A stretch of 52,489 bases of DNA from a virus (IMGVR_UViG_3300018466_000002:1-52489), one strand, 5' to 3'; shown: positions 19,002-28,554, counted from the stretch's first letter. Numbers and translations are program-made. Notes: generated from the sequence alone by a model not told the origin.

Positions 19002-19629
19002 GCGCCTGTTCGTCTGCGAAGCGTGCGAGGAAGTCGCGGCGCAGTGGAACGCACGGCAGAGGCTTGCGCGGATCGACACGAACATGAGGCGCAGCGGACT
19101 CCCGCTCGCGTACCAGAGCGGGCAGCGCACCCTCGCCGATGTTCGCAACGAAGAAGCGCTCGTGCTCGCGCGCGCGGTGCTCTCCGGCGAAGTGCGCGGG
19201 ATGTACCTGTACGGGTCCGCCGGCGAGGACAAGACGACGATTGCGTGCGCAACGCTGGCGCAGCTGATTCGAAACGGCGGCAGCGGTTTGTACGAGAACT
19301 CGCTGGACCTGATGGCGGACATTCACGCGGCCTTCGTGCCCAACTCGGGACTGTCGCGGCAGGACGTGGTGCGCGATCCGATTCAGGCTCACGCGTTCCT
19401 GCTTGACGACTTCGGGAAGGAGAAGGGCAGCGAGTTCTCCGCGGGGGTGATCTACCAGATTCTCGATGGTCGGTACAATTACCTGACCGTGGACTCGCGC
19501 CGTGTGCTCATCATCGTGTCGAACCATGCACCCGCGGATGCGTGCGCGCGGTTCGGGGATCCGACGATGGTGCAGCCGATCATGCGCAGGATCTCGGAGC
19601 TCACGGTGGCGATGGAGATGAAGTCGTGA
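18826..19629 (+). CDS. DnaC/IstB-like helicase loader ATPase
   Basis: CxxC..CxxC, Walker A variant GSAGEDKT, Walker B FLLDDFGKE, YQILDGRY, IIVSN, RRISE; start uncertain. Confidence 0.8.
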   Translation: MVKTEEDEEQAALEAMQERLRQLRETLSETSACATGETLSANLRPNGNCRKCKTSLPPERLFVCEACEEVAAQWNARQRLARIDTNMRRSGLPLAYQSGQRTLADVRNEEALVLARAVLSGEVRGMYLYGSAGEDKTTIACATLAQLIRNGGSGLYENSLDLMADIHAAFVPNSGLSRQDVVRDPIQAHAFLLDDFGKEKGSEFSAGVIYQILDGRYNYLTVDSRRVLIIVSNHAPADACARFGDPTMVQPIMRRISELTVAMEMKS

Positions 19630-19898
19630 CGAAGCGAGCGGCGAAGGTGGCGCGCCTCGTGACGCGCGGCAAGCCATGCCCGCCCGATAAGATCGAGGCG
19701 TTGGAATCACTGGTCGAGCAAGCAAAAAGCGGCGAGGTGACGAGCTTCATCTTCGTTGCGATCGGCCCAACGATTGAGAACTGGCAGGACGGATGGTTGG
19801 CGAATCGGATCGACCGCTATTCGCTCCTCGGCATGCTTTCGATGGCTTCGCGAATGGTGCAAGACCGAGAGCAGGAAGTGTCGGAAGCGGAAAGTTGA
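19626..19898 (+). CDS. Hypothetical protein
   Basis: GTGA coupling; LESLVEQAKSGEV..FVAIG pattern seen in small phage proteins. Confidence 0.6.
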   Translation: MTKRAAKVARLVTRGKPCPPDKIEALESLVEQAKSGEVTSFIFVAIGPTIENWQDGWLANRIDRYSLLGMLSMASRMVQDREQEVSEAES

Positions 19899-19966
19899 AG
19901 ATTCCTCTTGCGCTACCGTGTTACATGCCGTAGCATGCGTGCATCTTGAAACGTCAGAGCAGCGGA

Positions 19967-20275
19967 ATGGCGGACATCGTGGCGGAACTGATGCCGCCGG
20001 GATGCGATGACCTCGCGGCGGTCATGCGCGAGATGCGGCCGAACGGCGCTGCATGGGAAGCGCCACTCGTTGACTACTCCCCGCAGATCCTCTCTGAGGT
20101 ACGGCCAGCGAACCGCGAGAACCGCGGCGAGAACCACGAGTCGCCACAGATCGGAAGGAAAGTCGTCGCGATCCCGAAGCGATGGTCTGCGTCGTCGCCC
20201 GTGGCAAAGTTCTGCGCGCTCTGTCACCACCCATTCCATCTTCGCCGATGCAAGCGATGCACGTGCGGCGAGTAG
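19967..20275 (+). CDS. Hypothetical protein with C-terminal Zn-finger-like motif
   Basis: CxxCHH.FH..CxxCxC. Confidence 0.45.
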   Translation: MADIVAELMPPGCDDLAAVMREMRPNGAAWEAPLVDYSPQILSEVRPANRENRGENHESPQIGRKVVAIPKRWSASSPVAKFCALCHHPFHLRRCKRCTCGE

Positions 20276-20297
20276 CACAAACAGAGAAGGAGATAGG

Positions 20298-20615
20298 ATG
20301 ACGAAACCGATGACGAGTTACAGACGAGTGAGCGGCGACATTGATGAGGCGATAGCGATTCATGCGTTGCTACAGCAGGACTTCGAGACGCGGCTGCCGG
20401 AACTGCGGAACGACACGAAGGCAATCGCGAAGGCTGCGGCGCGCGTCGAGAAGTGGGCGGAGATCGTCGCGGACCTGAGCACGCCCGCGCCGAAAGCGTC
20501 AACGGCGGTGCCGGCTGGCGAGGCGGCTGCTACGACCGCAATTGCGCCGGTCGACCCCGCGGCACCCAGCCGCTCCAAGCCGCGTCCCAACACCGGCACC
20601 AACCCCACGGCGTAG
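20298..20615 (+). CDS. Hypothetical protein
   Basis: SD AAGGAG; Ala/Pro-rich tail. Confidence 0.6.
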   Translation: MTKPMTSYRRVSGDIDEAIAIHALLQQDFETRLPELRNDTKAIAKAAARVEKWAEIVADLSTPAPKASTAVPAGEAAATTAIAPVDPAAPSRSKPRPNTGTNPTA

Positions 20616-20657
20616 GCCAGACCCCGCGCCGATCTCAACGAAAGGAGGAACGCACCG

Positions 20658-20816
20658 ATGAGCAACTACGACCCGAACGCCGATCTCGACAGGCAGAAGC
20701 GGGAAGACGACGCCGACGCCGCATCGAAGCAGGCCAACCCCGGCGACGACGACACGCCGCCGACTGGCGAGAATGCCGGACGCTATCCCGGCAGCGCCGG
20801 CGACGAAGCGAAGTAG
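20658..20816 (+). CDS. Small acidic disordered protein (52 aa)
   Basis: Strong SD AAAGGAGG; followed by a terminator; below the ORF-track cutoff. Confidence 0.65.
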   Translation: MSNYDPNADLDRQKREDDADAASKQANPGDDDTPPTGENAGRYPGSAGDEAK

Positions 20817-20845
20817 CCCTGCAGCGCGATTGTCACGGTTTGTGG

Positions 20846-20872
20846 GCGCCGGTCGAAAGGCCGGCGCTTTTT
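20846..20872 (+). terminator. Intrinsic terminator
   Basis: GCGCCGGTC-GAAA-GGCCGGCGC-TTTTT. Confidence 0.85.
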
Positions 20873-20933
20873 GATTCACAACCCGCCGCTGGTCGCGAAG
20901 ACCGGGTGCTTACTGTGTGAAGGAGATCAAGAC

Positions 20934-21530
20934 ATGAAGCGTTTGATTCTGCTGTGCGTGGTAACGATGCTGGCCGTGATGACGTACGCGCAACCGGCCG
21001 TGGAGAACCCTGACGACGGCTTCAACGATGGCGGCGGCGTCTGCAAGGCGTGCCTCACGTGGTCGGTCAACACGATCTACCCAGGCGGCGGCTACAGCGG
21101 CGAGTGGGAGCACCACGCCGAGTGCGTGCCCGGCAACGAGACTTCCACGCCCGGCGACAGGTACCGGAATTGTCGAGTGGAGTCGTATCCGAGCGGTTCC
21201 AGCTCCACCGGGCAATACTGCGTGATGTCAACCGTTTGTGGCCCCACGTCCGGAGGCGGCGGCGGGGGCGGGTGGTTGCGCGGTGACGACGCGGCCGACG
21301 AGGTGGAAGGGGCAAAGATCGTACTCTTCTTCCGCGACTCCGGGCTGATGACACGCGAGGATCTCGCCGAGTTCGTGGGCGATTTGTACGACTCGGGCGC
21401 AGACGCCGGCATGCGACTCGGTTCCTACCGCGCAAAGTTCCTCAGCCTCACAGGGCGTCCGCTCGCCGAAGGGCAGGTGCCGGTGATGCCGACCGCGCGT
21501 ACGGCGCGCGACGTCATCCGGCAGGAGTAA
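20934..21530 (+). CDS. Exported Cys-rich protein with poly-Gly linker
   Basis: SD AAGGAG; signal peptide MKRLILLCVVTMLAVMTYA; six Cys before SGGGGGGG. Confidence 0.7.
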   Translation: MKRLILLCVVTMLAVMTYAQPAVENPDDGFNDGGGVCKACLTWSVNTIYPGGGYSGEWEHHAECVPGNETSTPGDRYRNCRVESYPSGSSSTGQYCVMSTVCGPTSGGGGGGGWLRGDDAADEVEGAKIVLFFRDSGLMTREDLAEFVGDLYDSGADAGMRLGSYRAKFLSLTGRPLAEGQVPVMPTARTARDVIRQE

Positions 21531-21619
21531 GGATCCGGTTCCGCAGATCACTCCAGAGCGCCTGCATCTCCTCGGGAGTCAGGCGCTCACCTTCGTCCGG
21601 AAACGGCTCGTCCTTCACC

Positions 21620-22003
21620 CTATACAGCAGGCGCACAGTGTCCGCGATCTCCTGATCGCCGCGTTTCGATGTTCGCGTCTGGGCAGTGATACACGCCCGC
21701 CTTTTCGAGTGAGTTCAGTTGGCCCTGCTCAAGCATCAGACAACCGGAGAACGCGCCGCCGTTCTCCTGTCCGAGAACCATCAAACCGCCGTCCGGCGCG
21801 GTGTTGGACCACATGGAGTAGTACTCCCCCAACTCCTCGTCGTGGATTGTCGCGCGCTTGCGCTCAAGCCGACGATCTTCCTTGAGCGTCACCAGCAACG
21901 CTTCGTCCGCGGCGGAGTAGATGTCGTCAGGCGAGAGTAGCGCGAGTTGGGCGGAGGTGTAGCTTCCTAGCGGCTTGCCGAAGGGAATGCTAAGTTGCTC
22001 CAC
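21620..22003 (-). pseudogene. Truncated AlbA_2/Schlafen-like domain protein
   Basis: EDRRLERK...SMWSNT.PDGGLMVLGQENGG..SG motif; the reading frame degenerates after IETRR. Confidence 0.55.
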
Positions 22004-22020
22004 GGATGGATGATACCGCC

Positions 22021-22052
22021 AAGCGTCGAGGAAGCGTCGAGGAAGCGTCGAG
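22021..22052 (+). repeat. Tandem 11-mer AAGCGTCGAGG x ~3
   Basis: Two full copies plus 10/11 of a third, between the XRE stop and the next promoter. Confidence 0.85.
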
Positions 22053-22058
22053 TAAAAA

Positions 22059-22265
22059 TTACCGATCAACCAGCTCGCCAAGCCGTACGCCGAGGGCGCG
22101 GGCGAGCCGGAGCACAGTCGTTAGTTTCGGATCATTCGCGCCGTTCTCGATCCGGCTCAGTTGTACCGGTGTCAGCCCAGCCGCTTCGGCAAGCCGCTCC
22201 TGAGTCCAGCGACGGGCGTCGCGCAGCTCGCGGACACGTTGTAACTCGGCAAAGTCGAACGCCAT
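22059..22265 (-). CDS. XRE-family HTH transcriptional regulator
   Basis: RVRELRDARRWTQERLAEAAGLTPVQLSRIENGANDPKLTTVLRLARALGV; start uncertain. Confidence 0.88.
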   Translation of the reverse strand: MAFDFAELQRVRELRDARRWTQERLAEAAGLTPVQLSRIENGANDPKLTTVLRLARALGVRLGELVDR

Positions 22266-22444
22266 GCCGCCCTTCGCTCTGCCGCAACGGCGACCGCGCG
22301 CGATCCCAGCGAAGGCCATGCGTGTATTGAACGAGCACCCGCCCGATTGCTGGTGTCGGTGGCATCAGTTCATGCGCCTCACGACCATCGTGAACTGATC
22401 CCGCCTTCCCTTTCGTCCACAGGTTGACTATCCTCGAAGTCCGA

Positions 22445-23014
22445 ATGGGCGACGCGCCGACACAGCAGGAAGTTGACCGTGAACAGGCGATGCTCCTGCT
22501 CTACTCGCAGGGCTACTCTTTCGCCGCGATGGTCGGCCCGCTGCACGCGTTCAACCTACTCAAGTGCGACGATCTCCACCGCGACCGTCAGGACGGCCGC
22601 GGCGGCAAGGTCTGCGCGACCTGCGAGAACACGATTGCGGCAACGTGGCGCCGGCACATGGCCCGAATCGGCGCGGACAAAGAGGAGATCGCGGAGGTCA
22701 AAGGCGCGTGGCTCACGGTACACATGCTCGTTGAGCAGATCTGCATCTCGCGCTTCGCGAGCGATGTCGTGACCACCGAGACGCGAACCGAGATTGTCGA
22801 CGGGCAGCCCGTGACCACCACGACAGAGCGGCGCGAACCTCGCACCAACGTCGGACTGTTGCGCCTCATGTGCGAGGTGCGTGACAAGATGGCGCGGATG
22901 GGCGGGCTAAACGTGAAGAATCCTCCCTCCTCGCGCAAGGTTTCGCGCAGACTGCTCGCAGTGACCGAGCGCACCAATGAGCCCGACGAACACGGAGACG
23001 GCCCCGCCAACTGA
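22445..23014 (+). CDS. Putative terminase small subunit
   Basis: Overlaps the large terminase start; N-terminal HTH-like and helical segments. Confidence 0.55.
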   Translation: MGDAPTQQEVDREQAMLLLYSQGYSFAAMVGPLHAFNLLKCDDLHRDRQDGRGGKVCATCENTIAATWRRHMARIGADKEEIAEVKGAWLTVHMLVEQICISRFASDVVTTETRTEIVDGQPVTTTTERREPRTNVGLLRLMCEVRDKMARMGGLNVKNPPSSRKVSRRLLAVTERTNEPDEHGDGPAN

Positions 23015-24779
23015 CGAGACGGTGAACATCGCGCTCTGGCCGCATCAGATCGAGGCCGTCTACAACTGCGATCAATACCGGTGGCTGAACGAGATCGGCG
23101 GCCGCGGCTCCGGCAAGACGTTCAAGGATCGAGTTCGCATCGTCCGGTGGGCGGAGATGTGCACGGAGCTGCCCTTCGGCATCTTCGGCGCGACCGAAGA
23201 GATGCTGCAGTCCGCGCTCACCCCCATCCGCGAGACGATCGAGGAGATGGGGATTGACCATGTGTACGGCACGCGCGTGCCTCCGGAGTGGCAAGCGCAG
23301 TGGGATTACGAGGGAATCCCTTACCCGGCGCAGCGCCTGCGCTCCACAAAGTTCTGGATATGGGAGAACGGCGCGCACTTCTTCACGGGCTCCATCGTGA
23401 ACAACGCGGTGACGCGCGCGAAGGGCATCGACTTCAACTGCATTCTGGTCGTTGAGGGAACGGAGCCGGGCGTCGACCTGAAGGCCATCATGACGCTGTA
23501 CGGTGGCCTGCGCTGTGGCTCGGCCACACGTGGGAGCGATGGCGTCTGGCGCTGCCGCGTGCCGGGCCATCTTCACCAACTCGTCTTCGAAGGCAACGTC
23601 CCGCTGAATGACCCGTCACACTGGATCTACAAGAAAAACGAACGGATGCTCGCGCAGGAGGAGGCGCGCAAGGTTCAGGGTCTCCCCCCGTTCTATCGCC
23701 TGCTCACGTCGAGCACGAAGGACAACCCCGCAACGGGCGCCGACTACGACGACGGTCTACGCGCGATGTTCGATGAGACCACCTACATCGAGCAGACGAG
23801 CGGGGAACTGAAGCGCAACGTCGCACGCCTGTCGTACCACGCCTTCTCCGATCAGAACATCCTCGACACGCTGGTCTACGACCCGCGTCGGCCGCTGCAC
23901 ATCTGGTTTGACTGGAACGCCACGCCGGCCGCTGTCGGATGGGGCCATGACCTGCAGGCGCACGAGGTGCCGGAGCACGAGCGCGCGAAGGGACGCAAAT
24001 ACTTCGGCATCATTGGAGAACTGTTCTCCGGCGAGGACCCGCTGCACACCGACCAGGTAGCGGACGCGTTGCTCGTTGACGGCAGCGCCAAGAGCGACGG
24101 CCCGTGCGTCCACTGCAACCACGAAATGAAGGTGCACATGGTGACCGGCTCAGGATGGCTCTGCAAGCCCTGCCAATGGACGGTGCCGGGAGTCAAGCCG
24201 GACCAGTATTGCTCCGGAGTCGTGAAGGCATCCCCGTTGAACCCGACCACGCAGGCCAAGTACATCCACGCCCCGGACAACTGGCGCGGACTGATGCGCC
24301 ATCGCGGCATGGTGCACGTCTACGGCGACGTGAACGACGGGCGGGGAAACGCGGCGTCCGTAGCCGGCGGATCGATCCAGATCCTTCGCGACGTGCTCGG
24401 GGATGCGCTCGGGGACCGTGTCGCGTTCCACTTCCCGCCCGTCAACCCGCGCGTGAAGCTGCGCGCGCTAGCCGTGAACCGAGGGTTTCAGGACGCCGAC
24501 CGAAAGCGCAGCGTGTTCATTCACTCGCGCTGCGAGGCGCACATCACCGACTTCCGCGAGGTGATCCCCGACCCGAAGACGGGCGAACCGCTGAAGGTCA
24601 GCAAGTCGCCATCGCAACGGAAGCAGGGGAACGACTACTGGCTGCGCACGGACATCTCCGATGCATGGGGTTACCACTGGAGCCTGCGCTACCCGTTCAT
24701 CCGGCCGGGATCGTCGGGCATGCCGCTGGGGATGGACGAGGAAGATTACGGGCCGTTCGCAACATTCGCGGAACCGTGA
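22977..24779 (+). CDS. terL: Terminase large subunit
   Basis: LWPHQ, Walker A GGRGSGKT, Walker B CILVVEG, STKDNP, nuclease motifs WFDWN, VYGD, DISDAWGY. Confidence 0.88.
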   Translation: MSPTNTETAPPTDETVNIALWPHQIEAVYNCDQYRWLNEIGGRGSGKTFKDRVRIVRWAEMCTELPFGIFGATEEMLQSALTPIRETIEEMGIDHVYGTRVPPEWQAQWDYEGIPYPAQRLRSTKFWIWENGAHFFTGSIVNNAVTRAKGIDFNCILVVEGTEPGVDLKAIMTLYGGLRCGSATRGSDGVWRCRVPGHLHQLVFEGNVPLNDPSHWIYKKNERMLAQEEARKVQGLPPFYRLLTSSTKDNPATGADYDDGLRAMFDETTYIEQTSGELKRNVARLSYHAFSDQNILDTLVYDPRRPLHIWFDWNATPAAVGWGHDLQAHEVPEHERAKGRKYFGIIGELFSGEDPLHTDQVADALLVDGSAKSDGPCVHCNHEMKVHMVTGSGWLCKPCQWTVPGVKPDQYCSGVVKASPLNPTTQAKYIHAPDNWRGLMRHRGMVHVYGDVNDGRGNAASVAGGSIQILRDVLGDALGDRVAFHFPPVNPRVKLRALAVNRGFQDADRKRSVFIHSRCEAHITDFREVIPDPKTGEPLKVSKSPSQRKQGNDYWLRTDISDAWGYHWSLRYPFIRPGSSGMPLGMDEEDYGPFATFAEP

Positions 24780-24795
24780 TACATTGCGTTGCATG
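24776..24795 (+). promoter_or_regulatory. Conserved element overlapping the terL stop codon
   Basis: GTGATACATT-GCGTTGC-ATG(24793). Confidence 0.75.
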
Positions 24796-24981
24796 CTGAA
24801 CGCGAAAGAGCATCAGGACTTGATTGGGCAGTTCGAGAAAGAACATACGGGCCGTTTTGCCAAGGAGCCGAGGGACCTGTGGGCACGAGGTCGCGTGTAC
24901 CAAGGCGGGCATGTCAACGATCTGTTCTTGTCCTATCGGCGCGGGTACGCATACGGAAAAGCCACAGGAAGCGAGCGCTGA
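24793..24981 (+). CDS. Small hypothetical protein
   Basis: Leaderless start; YQGGHVNDLFLSYRRGYAYG. Confidence 0.6.
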   Translation: MLNAKEHQDLIGQFEKEHTGRFAKEPRDLWARGRVYQGGHVNDLFLSYRRGYAYGKATGSER

Positions 24982-25095
24982 CGCATGGCCACGGACAACT
25001 GGGCCGACATCCTGATAAAAGTCGCACGCGAGCGACGCGTCTCGGAGAGAAACATGGACAGCCCGGGCGTCCGGAACCGAGATACTGTACGTAGC

Positions 25096-25365
25096 ATGGA
25101 GGGTGCGATGGATGGATACAAGTTCAAATACATGGCGGACGACGGTGAGCGGGTCGAATGCGAGTCGTGCAGATTCAAGGCGCCGCTGGCGGAAGTGGAG
25201 TCGCATTCACGCCCCGTCATGCACCTGTGCGCCTTGTGTTATGGATCAATGGCGAGCCTCGCCCTTGAGCGTCCGATCGAGTACGACGGCGCGACCCTGA
25301 GCACGATCTGCTACGTCGGCAACGCGATCCTCGCCGCTCTCGGCAAACAGGACGCGGACCAATGA
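25096..25365 (+). CDS. Zn-finger hypothetical protein (ORF open from 24985)
   Basis: GATACTGT-ACGTAGC-ATG element at 25081-25098; CxxC..CxxC. Confidence 0.55.
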   Translation: MEGAMDGYKFKYMADDGERVECESCRFKAPLAEVESHSRPVMHLCALCYGSMASLALERPIEYDGATLSTICYVGNAILAALGKQDADQ

Positions 25366-25385
25366 ACCGTGATACGATGCGCGGC

Positions 25386-26687
25386 ATGAAGAACGAACTG
25401 ACCTACGACCGCCTGAACTACCTGATTCAATTCGTGGCCGGCTGGTCCACGAACCTCGGCGACTTCGCGAAAGAACTGGACCGGGACATCATGGCGGGCC
25501 TGCGCGAACTGGCCGAGATCCGCGCCCGTCAGGACAAGTCCGCCGAGTGGCGCAAGATCGCCAACGAACCCGCGACGGATGACGAGATCGAGATGCACAA
25601 GCGGCATGAGGGGTGCGGTGGGGCGTGCTTGCAGTGCATGGACAAGTTCCGGCTGATCGCGCGGCTGGAGCGTGATCGCGCGGACCGCGAAAGGGATTTC
25701 GCCCATCGTCAGGAGACCCACGACATGCTTCAGCGGTCCTTCAACCGCGTGCATGCGCGGATGGAGACGGCAGAGTCAAGGGCCGTGATCCTCGAACGCA
25801 AGGTGGAAAGACGCGACAGGGACATCGTGAACTTGAAAAAGGAGATCGACCGCCTCGCGGATGTCATGCGGCAGCAACGTGCCGAAGTGGTCGAGCATGA
25901 CGCGCAGCTCGCGCACGTCAAGGCCGCGCTGGCGGCGTGTCACGAGCAGAACGCGGCGCTGCGGACTGACAACGCTCGGCTCCGCGGCATCCGGCCCGGA
26001 GCGCTCAGAACGCCGTACGGAACGAGCAACATGGGTCGGTTCGCCGGGTGGTCTTCGCCGGTCACGGTTGAGGAGTATTCCGAAAAGATGGAGATCCCCC
26101 TCGTCGTCGAACGCGACGAAGCCCTGCGCGAGAGGATCATCGCGGCAATCGGTCCCGACACGCCGACCGAAATGCGCTGGCGTGCCGGAGTTGCGCACGG
26201 CGAAGGCCTCGACAGCGTGGCGCTCGCCTTCGGTCTCAAGCGCCGCGTGCGAAAGTGCGTGCAGAAGTTCAACCGGAACGGCCACAGGATGCTCATCGCG
26301 TGCGACGAGGGACGGGGCGTGAATGTGTCCTACCACGACCAGCCGCAACCACGGGAGTGCGAGGCGTTGCGGGACATCTGCCTGCACCACGAACCGCTGT
26401 GGAGGTATGCGGATGAGGATGCGCGTTTCGCGACGCAACCGGAGGCGACGGAGTACGCGCGGGAGATCGTTGTCAACGCGAGCGGCGTGACGGGGACGGA
26501 ACCGGAGACGATCACCCTGACGATCTGGCCGCGCGGCCTATGCACGCCGGAGTTCCACGCGTTCCCGTTCTCGACTAGCGACGGCCAGACCGCGACTAGC
26601 GACGGTCAGACCTACTGCCAGTGCGGCAAGGCGCGCCGGACGATCATCACCACGACATGGAAACCGGAGACGGAGCATGGCAAATGA
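25386..26687 (+). CDS. Mosaic coiled-coil hypothetical protein
   Basis: GTGATACGAT-GCGCGGC-ATG element at 25369; long heptad region. Confidence 0.6.
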   Translation: MKNELTYDRLNYLIQFVAGWSTNLGDFAKELDRDIMAGLRELAEIRARQDKSAEWRKIANEPATDDEIEMHKRHEGCGGACLQCMDKFRLIARLERDRADRERDFAHRQETHDMLQRSFNRVHARMETAESRAVILERKVERRDRDIVNLKKEIDRLADVMRQQRAEVVEHDAQLAHVKAALAACHEQNAALRTDNARLRGIRPGALRTPYGTSNMGRFAGWSSPVTVEEYSEKMEIPLVVERDEALRERIIAAIGPDTPTEMRWRAGVAHGEGLDSVALAFGLKRRVRKCVQKFNRNGHRMLIACDEGRGVNVSYHDQPQPRECEALRDICLHHEPLWRYADEDARFATQPEATEYAREIVVNASGVTGTEPETITLTIWPRGLCTPEFHAFPFSTSDGQTATSDGQTYCQCGKARRTIITTTWKPETEHGK

Positions 26688-27472
26688 GCGCACCAACGAA
26701 ACGCGAGGTGATACTCGCAATCGCGGTGGTTGTCCTGGTCGTGATGTACGTGATCTGGCGACGAACGACCCCGAGCAGTTCGGAGGGGACGAGTCCTACG
26801 ATAGCCCCTGCGCCCACGCCCGCGTCAACCCCCGGCAATACGCGCGCATCTTCCGCGTCGACGTCGGATGGAACGGCGTCGGCGTCTTTCTCCAATGCAA
26901 TCAGTGCTGGCAAATCGGGACGTGCATCGACGCAACCGCGATCACTCTTCGGGCAGACCTCGGCGCTGGATGGTGGCGCATTGATCGAGCCTCAGGCCAC
27001 AACATTTTCCGCCGTTGGATTGGAATCGAGTGACCTGCCGCCCCGTCAAGCCGCCGCCTTTACCATCAACCACGACCTGAACAAGTTCCGCCGAAACCTC
27101 GTGCTGAACGCGAATGCGAAGTTCCCTCCGCAGGTCTGGGTCAGCCCGACATTCCTCGAATCGGAGAACGTGCGCGCGTCGGGGGGCACGTTCCCCGTCC
27201 GGCTCTGGCGCGACCGCGGCGGCATCCTCACGGTCTGGCGCGAGGTGCGCGTAGGGGCGCATCAGACCGGCGCCGCGCACGTTCCCCTTGACGGCGCGTT
27301 CTTCAGCGTCGGCGACGTGCTGATCGTCGAAACGAACCTCGCGCTGATGGTGGCCGAGGACGGGCAGGGAAACACGCTCACGCCTCTCATGTCCTCCATC
27401 GACAATCGGAACAAAGATCCATACACGCAACCGGGCAGACCAAAGGCGTTTCGGGGGAGCGTGCAGCCGTGA
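26684..27472 (+). CDS. Membrane-anchored exported protein
   Basis: N-terminal TM, Ser/Thr/Pro linker, beta domain ending SSIDNRNKDP. Confidence 0.65.
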   Translation: MSAPTKREVILAIAVVVLVVMYVIWRRTTPSSSEGTSPTIAPAPTPASTPGNTRASSASTSDGTASASFSNAISAGKSGRASTQPRSLFGQTSALDGGALIEPQATTFSAVGLESSDLPPRQAAAFTINHDLNKFRRNLVLNANAKFPPQVWVSPTFLESENVRASGGTFPVRLWRDRGGILTVWREVRVGAHQTGAAHVPLDGAFFSVGDVLIVETNLALMVAEDGQGNTLTPLMSSIDNRNKDPYTQPGRPKAFRGSVQP

Positions 27473-27681
27473 GCCGGATCGAGGCGCATCGGCTGCTTGA
27501 CGCATTCATCGCGAAGACACGGGAGTGTTTCGCGGCAGGCATGACGGAAGACGAAGCCGGCGAGGCGGTGGACGATGCGCTTGGAGCGCTCGTTGAGGCG
27601 GCGACACGCGCTGCTATCGGCCAGCATGGCGAGCCGGCGCCGCCGACAGACCCGGACGCCTACCTGAAGCGCGAGGCGTAA
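27469..27681 (+). CDS. Hypothetical protein
   Basis: GTGA coupling; followed by a terminator. Confidence 0.5.
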   Translation: MSRIEAHRLLDAFIAKTRECFAAGMTEDEAGEAVDDALGALVEAATRAAIGQHGEPAPPTDPDAYLKREA

Positions 27682-27721
27682 CAGAGGCGTGAGCGGGACT
27701 GGAAACCTCCGGTCGGCAACT

Positions 27722-27751
27722 GGCCCTGAGCAATCGGGGCCTTTTGTTTTT
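27722..27751 (+). terminator. Intrinsic terminator
   Basis: GGCCCTGA-GCAA-TCGGGGCC-TTTTGTTTTT. Confidence 0.85.
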
Positions 27752-27773
27752 CGGACGTGTTACAATGCGTGTC

Positions 27774-28007
27774 ATGAAGAACGGCAAAGGGTTGACGATG
27801 GCACAAATGAGCGGCGCACCCGTGGAAGTGGTGCACGCACCGGAGAACGATGCCGTGTACGTTCTGGCGCAGCGCGAAGGCGAAACGGGAACCGCGATCC
27901 TCGTATACGCCCTCGTGTACACGTCTTACATGCCCGCCACAGGGTCGGCGCAGGCATGGGTCGCGGCCGACAGGGACAGGGTACGCACTGGAGCGCAAGA
28001 AGCCTGA
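27774..28007 (+). CDS. Hypothetical protein
   Basis: GTGTTACAAT-GCGTGTC-ATG element at 27757. Confidence 0.6.
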   Translation: MKNGKGLTMAQMSGAPVEVVHAPENDAVYVLAQREGETGTAILVYALVYTSYMPATGSAQAWVAADRDRVRTGAQEA

Positions 28008-28042
28008 ATCCATGTCATCCTACGCGCGGAGGAACCCCGCGC

Positions 28043-28456
28043 ATGCACCGCAACCGCAACCGCCCGCGACTCACGTACGCCCTCATCCTCGCCGCGCTGA
28101 TCTACGCGGCCCTCGACTCCGCTGCCGCCACCCAAGCATCGAACGTGATCGCCGAGGTGGGCATCAGCGGGCAGGTCATCACGACCACTGACACCGCGCA
28201 GTTCCTCACCGTACCGCTCGGAGCCATGCACGCGTCGATCGCCATCATGAATGCGGACGCATGCTTCGGCCATGACATCAGCGGCGCCGCGCCCACGACG
28301 ACGAGCAGCGATCGATGGTTCTCCGGGATGAAGGTGATCTTGGCGAATGACCCGCTCATGCTGAAGCGCCTCCGGGTCATCAGTTGCAGTGCCGGGGTTC
28401 CGAGCACGGTGCAGATCTACTACTCGCGAGCGAGACGGGTAGGCGACGCGCAGTGA
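28043..28456 (+). CDS. Small beta-rich putative structural protein with signal-like N-terminus
   Basis: SD GGAGG; hydrophobic leader; LTVPLGA..A.I...GAAPT pattern; precedes the fibre gene. Confidence 0.5.
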   Translation: MHRNRNRPRLTYALILAALIYAALDSAAATQASNVIAEVGISGQVITTTDTAQFLTVPLGAMHASIAIMNADACFGHDISGAAPTTTSSDRWFSGMKVILANDPLMLKRLRVISCSAGVPSTVQIYYSRARRVGDAQ

Positions 28457-28554
28457 TACTTCCCGGCCCCAAAGTATCGCAACGCAGCAGCCCGTTGTAC
28501 GCAAGTACGATAACCGGACGGTGGTAGGCTGTGCCGTACAGGAGGCAACACGCA

